A stretch of 15,868 bases of DNA, taken from the NCBI GenBank assembly GCA_016839785.1, contig JAEOTQ010000175.1:1-15868 (forward strand). Direction: 5' to 3'. Positions 8,916-15,868 of this stretch are shown here, piece after piece (the stretch's first letter is position 1; every line of letters begins with the position of its first letter). The position numbers and the translations under genes are program-made. The notes under the pieces are model-generated. The model saw only the letters and a program-made list of their open reading frames with translations. It was not told where the DNA came from and searched no databases. This stretch comes from Candidatus Hodarchaeota archaeon (GTDB taxonomy: Archaea > Asgardarchaeota > Heimdallarchaeia > Hodarchaeales > Hodarchaeaceae).

Positions 8916-9998
8916 ATGAAAAAAACACTAAGTATTCCCTTAACAATACTACTTGGACTCATTCTTCTCAGTTCAATAAGCCAAGGAGTTGCTGTAGATA
9001 ATTCTGCATATGAAGCTACACTTGCAGAAATTGATCCACCAGCCGATGGCTGGATGAATGTTGAGAATGGTACAAGACTTAATATTACCGCTGGTAATCG
9101 TACTCAATTGAGAACTCAATCTGGAACACAAATTCAACTCAGAACTCAAGATGATGTTTGTCTTGAATTATCTGAAACAAATAAGAACCCAGAAGGTGCA
9201 CTGCCTAATCAAACTAGAAATGTCATACGTTTCATGAACATAGAGTTAAATGGAACAACTACTATGAACGCTACAATGTTTCATAACTTTACGAACATAG
9301 AATTAAGTGGACTAGGCGATATATCGGCTTTTCGATGGGCGTATTACAACGAAGAATCCTTTGAATGGCAATATGCCTATGAAAATTGGGTAGAACAACA
9401 ACCTGATGGAATAGCAGTTCTATGTAGTACTACACATTTCTCAACTTGGACAATAATTGCACAGATAGACTCTCCTCCTATTGACAAGCCAACACCAGGC
9501 AGTACTTATCAAACAAAGAATGGTTCAGCATTTGAAGTTCAAGCGGGAAATCGATACCAGGTTCAAACACAAAGCGGTTTTTCACTAGAATTGCAACTCA
9601 ACAAAAGTGTTGAAATAACTGTCACAGAGTACGAAGACTCGCCTAAAGTGATGAATCGAGAACGTCATCAGATTCGAACACAAACTATGAGTATCGTACA
9701 AAATTCTTCAGCTGAGATAGATGCAACTTTTTCTTATGAGTTTACAAACCAGATTCGGAGTCACCTGGGTGTGAAAAATATGCAAAAACTGAAATTCATG
9801 TATTTCAACGAAATTTCGAACGAGTGGGTAGCTCCTGAGAATCAGTGGATTGAAGGAGATACTTTATACTGTAATACAACTCACTTCAGTTTATGGACAA
9901 TTGCTGAAGATGAAAGTGCATCCTCAACCCCTAGTTTTACTTTAATTCCGCTGTTAGGCACTCTAGCCACAATTATCGCCATTAGAAAAAGGAGATAG
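8916..9998 (+). CDS. Secreted surface glycoprotein with two internal repeats ending in CxTTHFSxW and a PGF-CTERM-like C-terminal anchor
   Basis: Signal peptide MKKTLSIPLTILLGLILLSSISQGVA. Repeats at aa ~48-182 and ~199-331. Eleven N-x-S/T sequons. The C-terminus TPSFTLIPLLGTLATIIAIRKRR has the motif + TM + basic tail layout. Confidence 0.85.
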   Translation: MKKTLSIPLTILLGLILLSSISQGVAVDNSAYEATLAEIDPPADGWMNVENGTRLNITAGNRTQLRTQSGTQIQLRTQDDVCLELSETNKNPEGALPNQTRNVIRFMNIELNGTTTMNATMFHNFTNIELSGLGDISAFRWAYYNEESFEWQYAYENWVEQQPDGIAVLCSTTHFSTWTIIAQIDSPPIDKPTPGSTYQTKNGSAFEVQAGNRYQVQTQSGFSLELQLNKSVEITVTEYEDSPKVMNRERHQIRTQTMSIVQNSSAEIDATFSYEFTNQIRSHLGVKNMQKLKFMYFNEISNEWVAPENQWIEGDTLYCNTTHFSLWTIAEDESASSTPSFTLIPLLGTLATIIAIRKRR

Positions 9999-10022
9999 CT
10001 TTTAGCTCTCCTTTCTTTTTTT
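9988..10022 (+). terminator. Putative terminator: hairpin plus T-tract
   Basis: AAAGGAG(AT)AGC-TTTTA-GCT-CTCCTTT stem-loop overlapping the stop codon, followed by C and T7. Confidence 0.55.
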
Positions 10023-10286
10023 CTTCCATAAAGTTTGTTTAAATTCTAAATCTCTTTGGAGCGTTTAGTACAGACGGACAAACAGATCTTACTGACTCCA
10101 TGTTTTTATTCTTGGTCTTTTACGCAATTATTTCTCAATATCTGAGTTTGTTTCTGGTCGTACTGGATGTTAGAAGAAGGATATTTAATTTTCTTGACAG
10201 ATCATTAAGGAAAACCTCCCCACTAGTTGAAGTAAAAGAATGAATGAAAAGATCTAGTTTAATCTCCCATTTACCTATGTTTTAAT

Positions 10287-11633
10287 ATGAATAAGGGAGA
10301 ATTTCAGTTAGATGAAGAGATGTCATCCGAAAATACGTGGGATAGAACAGTCGATACGGTTAAAAAAATATATTTTCGTATAACTGAGCCCTCTCCTGAA
10401 ATTCTAGAAGACGAATTGAGATTGAAAATTAGATTTTTCAATACAACAGTCTTTTTCTTCTTCATCTTTTCGAATTTACAGTTTCTCACGAGATTAGTTC
10501 TTTTTTGGTTCTTTTCAGAACCATTAATCCTTTGGGAAATTTTCCAATCTCCTTTTTTTTCCATAATTGCTCTAGCATTCCTCTATCTCGGTAGAACTAA
10601 ATATTTTAATTATGCCTTAACAACAATTTTTCTTGTACCTATCACTCAACCATTAACAGCAATTTCTTTGTATCTTGAAAATGAGAATGCTGATCTAATT
10701 GCTTTTAATCCGATGATGATCCTTACCTTAGGAATTTTACTAGCTGGAATTATTTATTCTATTAAAGGGACATTAATTTTCTCACTGGTGAGTACTCTTG
10801 AACTAATCTTCTTCTATGGAATTGTCTTTAAGTATCCAATTGATTGGATAACCCCGAAAATTTTCTTTTTACTAATCATTTCGTTAATTACGGTTGTCGG
10901 TATTCTTTATCGAGACCAATTGGATCGGTTAAAAGATGAATTTAAAGATCAACGTGATAGATTTGTTTTTATGACCAATCATGAATTAAGAAATCCCTGT
11001 ACAGTGATAAAAGGCTATAATGAATTGTTGTTGGCAAACTATGACAAAATAACTGATCAGCAAAAAATTACTATTCTTAGCAACATTAGTAATAATGTAG
11101 CTCGTTTAGAACGCTTAATAGAAGAGGTTTCGGATGTAGATCAAATAGAAAGGGGAATCTTCCAAATTAAAAAAGAAGAATTTGACTTCAATGAATTTTT
11201 CAAAGATTTTTTGACCCCTTATCAATCCAGATTAACGAGTGTCGTCGAATTTCACAATTTATTAGACAATGAGAAGCATCTAATCCTTGGAGATAAAGAT
11301 CGAATATCTCAAGTGTTCATCAACATATTCGAGAATGCCCTGAAGCAGACTCCTCAAAAAACACGAAAGATTTCAATTATCCTAGACTTGGTCGATGGCT
11401 TTTTAAGAGTACTTATCGGAGATAATGGAGCAGGTATTGCTCCTGAAAATCTTGAAATCATTTTTAACCAGTTTGTATCCATACAGACGGAATTTTTTTC
11501 AACAGGTACTGGAATTGGACTTTACGTTGCTCGTCAAATTGTGAATAACCTTGGAGGAGAGATACGTGCTGAAAGCAAAGGACTAGGAAAAGGATCCACT
11601 TTTATCGTTAAACTCCCAATTAGCGATACATAA
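10287..11633 (+). CDS. Membrane sensor histidine kinase (HisKA + HATPase_c) with a multi-TM N-terminal domain
   Basis: H-box TNHELRNP, N-box NIFENALK, G1 DNGAGI, F-box IFNQF, G2 GTGIGL, and GKGSTF. About 6 hydrophobic segments in aa ~50-208. Confidence 0.93.
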   Translation: MNKGEFQLDEEMSSENTWDRTVDTVKKIYFRITEPSPEILEDELRLKIRFFNTTVFFFFIFSNLQFLTRLVLFWFFSEPLILWEIFQSPFFSIIALAFLYLGRTKYFNYALTTIFLVPITQPLTAISLYLENENADLIAFNPMMILTLGILLAGIIYSIKGTLIFSLVSTLELIFFYGIVFKYPIDWITPKIFFLLIISLITVVGILYRDQLDRLKDEFKDQRDRFVFMTNHELRNPCTVIKGYNELLLANYDKITDQQKITILSNISNNVARLERLIEEVSDVDQIERGIFQIKKEEFDFNEFFKDFLTPYQSRLTSVVEFHNLLDNEKHLILGDKDRISQVFINIFENALKQTPQKTRKISIILDLVDGFLRVLIGDNGAGIAPENLEIIFNQFVSIQTEFFSTGTGIGLYVARQIVNNLGGEIRAESKGLGKGSTFIVKLPISDT

Positions 11634-11713
11634 AAGAAGGAATCCAAATTACTGTGTCTCATTCAAATTACTTAACTAGGAACCTTTTCATATGAATAGG
11701 TAAAAATGTCCTT

Positions 11714-11865
11714 GATCATTGGATATGTTACCGAAAATACGTATATTGATACGAATAATGTCTATTAACTACTGTATTTTCACAATTCAATTTCTATACC
11801 TGAAACTACCTTTCGATGTATTCTTTGAATTCTAATATTCGTTTTTTTATTAGATCATTGGATAT
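11714..11865. repeat. Exact 13-bp direct repeat GATCATTGGATAT (11714-11726 and 11853-11865)
   Basis: Read directly in the intergenic region between two convergent genes. Confidence 0.6.
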
Positions 11866-12018
11866 AGATTGGTTTTCACCAATATCGGAAAAAAACCATT
11901 AAATTCCACTTTTAATTGCTATCATATCGAATATTGATACTGTTAATTTCAAGAATAATTATGAAGAAACGTTGGTAATACACACGATCCTCTGTATATT
12001 AAGGAGAAAGTAAAATGA

Positions 12019-12438
12019 TTATTCTAGATATTCAAGGTTGAGTTTTTTATCAGGGCCATTTAATACTGCAATGAAAAGTTCTAAGAACTGTCTTCCAATT
12101 AATGGTTCTGTACAATGAGGAGTTGTGTCTACCTCGATAATAGTTTCAGCTAATAATTCTTTTATTTCAAGTAAAGAGTGAGCTGTCCTCAGAGTAATTT
12201 TTTCTCCTGTAATAGTCTCAACAATGGGAATTTCATCTTCTACAACTTCAAAAGTGTCTAACTCTAGATCTTCATAAATTTCTTCAGGAATTACCAGGAA
12301 TCCATCATAACCTGTATCTATTAATACACTTACACTCTTCTGTTTTGATCCGAGGAGATTCTTGACAATTAAGTTTGGAATTTTAGGAGCTAATATGTCA
12401 CTAAACACAGTTTTTTCATAGTTATATTCCACATTCAT
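12019..12438 (-). CDS. Clan AA (retropepsin-like) single-domain aspartic protease, AF_0612-like
   Basis: LIDTGYDG catalytic motif and C-terminal PLIGRQFL motif. 139 aa with no signal peptide. The ATG overlaps the upstream stop (TAATG). Confidence 0.88.
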   Translation of the reverse strand: MNVEYNYEKTVFSDILAPKIPNLIVKNLLGSKQKSVSVLIDTGYDGFLVIPEEIYEDLELDTFEVVEDEIPIVETITGEKITLRTAHSLLEIKELLAETIIEVDTTPHCTEPLIGRQFLELFIAVLNGPDKKLNLEYLE

Positions 12439-12824
12439 TATTGCACTCTCCGACCAAATCCGAAAGCTCTTTTCTTTACTTCTTTACCGACCTGAAAGAC
12501 AAAACAATGCTCTCCTTCGAGATTAAGAGCTTTAATTTTGGATAATATCGGGTCCAAGGTGTCACTTGAGATCAAAAATTCCCCACGACCGATTAAAACC
12601 CACATCCCGTTGTATTCTTTAAGTAAGGTCTCTTTCAATTTCCTGTATGTTAGTAGATTGAGTTGTCGTTGTTTATCTTTCTCACTAAATGGCCTATTCT
12701 TTTCCATCCAATCTTTCATTGCTTTAGTTATCGCTTCGCCTAATTTGAGCCCTTCTTGAGCCGCTTTGGCCTTAAAACTGGTATAAGTATCTGTATCCAC
12801 GTCTCTTATCAATACATTTGGCAA
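12438..12824 (-). CDS. Ribbon-helix-helix (FitA/CopG-like) DNA-binding domain fused to a DUF5678-like domain; putative antitoxin/regulator
   Basis: N-terminal MPNVLIRDVDTDTYTSFKAKAAQEGLKLGEAITKAMKDW has the RHH pattern. C-terminal YRKLKETLLKEYNGMWVLIGRGEFL matches the DUF5678 pattern as recalled. TTG start with an AAGGAG SD 8 nt upstream. Confidence 0.78.
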   Translation of the reverse strand: MPNVLIRDVDTDTYTSFKAKAAQEGLKLGEAITKAMKDWMEKNRPFSEKDKQRQLNLLTYRKLKETLLKEYNGMWVLIGRGEFLISSDTLDPILSKIKALNLEGEHCFVFQVGKEVKKRAFGFGRRVQ

Positions 12825-12873
12825 ATATATGACTCCTTAATTGCATTTAACATTCGTTATTAATAATAAATAA

Positions 12874-12905
12874 TGTTATCATATATATCTTTTGTTATCA
12901 TATAT
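12874..12905 (-). promoter_or_regulatory. Operator-like 13-bp direct repeats overlapping a BRE/TATA-like element of the RHH-protease operon
   Basis: TGTTATCATATAT at 12874-12886 and 12893-12905 (+ strand). The minus strand reads CAAAAGATATATATGA across them. Confidence 0.6.
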
Positions 12906-13444
12906 TTCGGATTCATAAATCGTTGGTTAAAGAAAATTTTTTTATAAAAAGATCATTAGGAGGTCTTTCAGAAATCCCTGGATATGCAAAATCCTCTTCA
13001 TAACCATAATCTTCTTCTGGATCATTTTCAAAATTATTGTCATAGATGATTTGGGATTTAGTTTCTGATTCCTAAGTTATTTCTTCTAAAAAAAATATCT
13101 GAATAATTAAATTATAATTTTAGGTTACGTTAACTCACTTAATAGAGGAAGGTAAATGGTTTAGGTCCAATAATCCCCTCTTAGTACAAAAAAAATGTAA
13201 TTCTTGTCTTTTATGTACCATCGTAAGGAGAAATCAGTTCATTTCTATAGAAAGCTTGGTAACATTATCGTACATTATTAATTGATGTTTTTATTACACA
13301 TTTAGGCAAGATTATGTGGTTTCATATAACTTTTTCATTAAAAAACGCTTTTATTTTTGGTTAACTGTACACTCAATATATTAGAGTAGTTGGAAAACTC
13401 TTTACATGAGATAGACGTTAAATTTTCTCAAAAGGGTTACGACA

Positions 13445-14749
13445 ATGGAAAAAACAACTAAAAAAAGAATTCAAAAAACAATAATCAAAGAACATGAAAC
13501 AAATCCTTGGAATAATGCGATAATACAATTAGAAAAAGCTGCAACTTCTATTTCTTTAGATAAGAATGTTCTGAATATCCTAAAACATCCTGTTCGAGTT
13601 CTAATAACTAGCTTTCCTGTTAGAATGGATGATGGAAGGATCGAAGTGTTTAAGGGATTTCGAGTACAACATAATATGGCACGTGGCCCTTGTAAAGGAG
13701 GAATTAGGTTTGCACCAGACGTTGATCTCGATGAAGTAAAAGCATTAGCAGCTTGGATGACTTGGAAAACAGCAGTAGTGAATATTCCTTATGGAGGAGC
13801 CAAGGGAGGAGTTGTGTGTGATCCGACATTATTGAGTGAAAATGAGAAAAAACACCTTACTCGTCGATATACTTACTCCATAATAAATATGATAGGACCT
13901 AATCAGGATATTCCCGCTCCAGACATGAATACTAATCCTGAAATAATGGCTATAATGATGGACACCTATTCCATGATTCGAGGTTACACCCAATTGAGTG
14001 TTGTAACTGGAAAACCAGTAGAGCTGGGAGGATCTCTGGGACGTACTGAAGCAACTGGTAGAGGTGTTTTTATAACAATGGAGGAGGCACTTCGTCAACA
14101 AAATCTGAGGTGTTGTGATGGGATTAAGATAGCTATACAGGGTTTTGGAAATGTAGGTTCAAATTTTGCTAATATTGCATATCAAAGAGGAGGAAGAATT
14201 ATAGCGGTAACTGACCTCTATGGAGGGGTTTATGATCCTGATGGGATAAATATTCCCCATTTACTCGAATATACTAGTAAAAGTCAATATCATTCTATCA
14301 AAGGTTATTCAGACGCGAATGAATTAGAGAAACACGAAATATTTGCCCTCCCAGTGGATGTTCTAGCACCATGTGCGACACAAAACCAAATCAATGTTAG
14401 CAATGCTGATGACATAAGCGCTAAATTAATAGTTGAAGGAGCTAACGGCCCAACAACTCCAAAAGCGGATGAAATTTTAGTAGAAAAAGGGATAGAGGTA
14501 ATCCCAGATATACTTGCCAATGCAGGAGGGGTGACCGTATCATACTTTGAATGGGTTCAAGGTCTACAATCCTTTTTCTGGAACGAAACACAGGTTAATA
14601 ATGCATTGAAGGAAATTCTAGTACGTTCCTTTCATGAAGTCAATCAAGTAAAAACAAAATATAATGTGGATACATTACGCTCTGCAGCTATGTGTCTAGC
14701 TTTGAAAAGGGTTGCTCATGCAATAAACCTTCGTGGGATCTTTCCTTGA
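13445..14749 (+). CDS. gdhA: Glutamate dehydrogenase (Glu/Leu/Phe/Val dehydrogenase family), catalytically intact
   Basis: GPCKGGIRF (K84), MTWK (K108), GGAKGG (K120), PAPD, GRTEATGRG, GFGNVG, EGANGP, NAGGVTVSYFEW. Confidence 0.95.
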   Translation: MEKTTKKRIQKTIIKEHETNPWNNAIIQLEKAATSISLDKNVLNILKHPVRVLITSFPVRMDDGRIEVFKGFRVQHNMARGPCKGGIRFAPDVDLDEVKALAAWMTWKTAVVNIPYGGAKGGVVCDPTLLSENEKKHLTRRYTYSIINMIGPNQDIPAPDMNTNPEIMAIMMDTYSMIRGYTQLSVVTGKPVELGGSLGRTEATGRGVFITMEEALRQQNLRCCDGIKIAIQGFGNVGSNFANIAYQRGGRIIAVTDLYGGVYDPDGINIPHLLEYTSKSQYHSIKGYSDANELEKHEIFALPVDVLAPCATQNQINVSNADDISAKLIVEGANGPTTPKADEILVEKGIEVIPDILANAGGVTVSYFEWVQGLQSFFWNETQVNNALKEILVRSFHEVNQVKTKYNVDTLRSAAMCLALKRVAHAINLRGIFP

Positions 14750-14791
14750 TTCTACTCTCCTTATATCCTATTTCAGATGGAAAGGAATAAA

Positions 14792-15868
14792 ATGACCATC
14801 ACATGGAAAAAAGCTAAGAAAGATAAAATTGATACTTTATTTGAAAAGAGAGTATTCCAATCAACCGATATATTAAATGCATTAAGACAAGTAAATGTTC
14901 TAGCCTTCATAGATAAATGGGGACCTGAACATATAGTGCAAGTATACGATCCAGAAATTGGGATGCTTGGCTTTCTAGTTATAGATAACGCAATACTGGG
15001 TTCTAGTGAGGGAGGTATTCGAATTTCTGAAACTCTGACTCCACTTGAAGTTTTCTATCTTGCTCGTGATACAACTTGGAAATGCGCTCTTTATAACATT
15101 CCTTTCGGTGGTGCGTTTGCAGGAATTAAAGCTAATCCATATACTACGGAAAAACCTAGATTAATTAAATCATTTGCAGAGAAGATATCCCCTTACGTTC
15201 CAAATAAATTAATCCTAAGGCCTGATATGAATGTAAACGAGGATGATGTGGCTCTCTTCGTTGAAACGACTGGTGATATACGAAGTGCTACTGGAAAGCC
15301 AGAAAAATATGGGGGTATTCCTGCTAGTTATGGTGCAGTGGGATACGGATTGGGAATCGCTTTAGAAACTAGTTTAGAATTTATTCAAGATACTTTGAAA
15401 TTACCAGATGACTTAAGTGAATTAAATATAGCAATTCAAGGTTTTGGTAAAGTTGGGCTTGGTTTGACTAAGTTTCTCGTTAATAGAGGAGTACGAATAG
15501 TAGCCATAAGCGATTATTGGGGAGGAATCTACTCACCTACTGGTATTGATATATCCAAAGTGAAACAATATTCCAGCGCTTCATGCAAGAAACAATCGAT
15601 AATTGCTAGTAAAGGTGGTAATCCATTAATACATCAAGAGGATATCTACAAAGTCAAATGCGACATATTTATTCCTTGTGCTTGTGAAAACATGATTGAT
15701 CAGAAAAATTGTTCATCTCTTAAAGCAAAATACATTTTGGAAGGTGCAAATAGAGGAATATCAAATATTGCGGAATCTTTGCTGAGAAAAAGGAATTGTT
15801 TGATTTTACCTGATATATTAGTTAATGCGGGAGGTGATCTTTGCTCTTATACAGAATTTGAGGAAAAA
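14792..15868 (+). CDS. Second Glu/Leu/Phe/Val dehydrogenase-family protein, 3'-truncated by the window edge, with a degenerate active site; not in the supplied ORF track
   Basis: Open frame of 359 codons to the window end: MTITWKK...DKWGPEHIVQVYDPEIGMLGFLVIDNAILGSSEGGIR...TTWK...PFGGAFAG...RPDM...ATGKPEKYGG...IAIQGFGKVG...EGAN...PDILVNAGG..SYTEF. AAGGA SD precedes ATG 14792; an in-frame alternative ATG is at 14777. Confidence 0.9.
   Translation, partial: MTITWKKAKKDKIDTLFEKRVFQSTDILNALRQVNVLAFIDKWGPEHIVQVYDPEIGMLGFLVIDNAILGSSEGGIRISETLTPLEVFYLARDTTWKCALYNIPFGGAFAGIKANPYTTEKPRLIKSFAEKISPYVPNKLILRPDMNVNEDDVALFVETTGDIRSATGKPEKYGGIPASYGAVGYGLGIALETSLEFIQDTLKLPDDLSELNIAIQGFGKVGLGLTKFLVNRGVRIVAISDYWGGIYSPTGIDISKVKQYSSASCKKQSIIASKGGNPLIHQEDIYKVKCDIFIPCACENMIDQKNCSSLKAKYILEGANRGISNIAESLLRKRNCLILPDILVNAGGDLCSYTEFEEK

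Noticed and set aside
9101-9150. Short DNA repeat encoding TQLRTQSGTQIQLRTQ
   Set aside because: A local coding-level repeat within repeat 1 of the surface protein; not a CRISPR or regulatory array.
10304-10564. 86-aa Lys-rich antisense ORF
   Set aside because: It is the mirror of the Phe-rich (TTT/TTC) TM-coding strand of the histidine kinase.
12538-12759. 73-aa + strand ORF
   Set aside because: Antisense to the RHH-DUF5678 gene, which has a clear SD, a domain pattern and translational coupling.
13072-13074. In-frame TAG as possible pyrrolysine/readthrough codon
   Set aside because: No start codon upstream before further stops, and no pyl genes in the window.
13829-14520. Antisense ORFs 13829..14101 and 14305..14520
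   Set aside because: Both lie inside the conserved gdh gene. Antisense open frames are common there and these carry no motifs.
1-15868. CRISPR arrays, tRNA/rRNA genes, transposases/integrases
   Set aside because: No regularly spaced repeat-spacer units, GC-rich structured RNA segments or DDE/tyrosine recombinase motifs were seen by eye. tRNAscan-SE/Infernal were not run.

Overview
AT-rich, archaeal-type window. An Asgard/Heimdallarchaeia-like host is inferred from a PGF-CTERM-like sorting tail, N-glycosylation sequons, BRE/TATA-like promoters and small Zn-finger genes; this is not proven. Left to right: two overlapping small Zn-binding ORFs (one missed by the ORF track), a ~381-aa hypothetical gene, two GNAT acetyltransferases (one a 1117-aa multidomain protein), an SDR oxidoreductase, a membrane-anchored double winged-HTH regulator, a secreted C-terminally anchored protein with two repeats that each end in C-x-T-T-H-F-S-x-W, an orphan membrane histidine kinase, an RHH+DUF5678-like / retropepsin-like protease two-gene module, an intact glutamate dehydrogenase, and a second GDH paralog that runs off the window end and lacks key active-site lysines. 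Best leads: (1) the membrane wHTH regulator and the HFS-motif surface protein share a 16-bp upstream motif next to TATA-like boxes, suggesting a cell-surface-to-DNA signalling module; (2) a GDH plus pseudo-GDH tandem; (3) a toxin-antitoxin-like RHH/aspartic protease operon with operator-like repeats. No rRNA, tRNA, CRISPR array or transposase was recognised.
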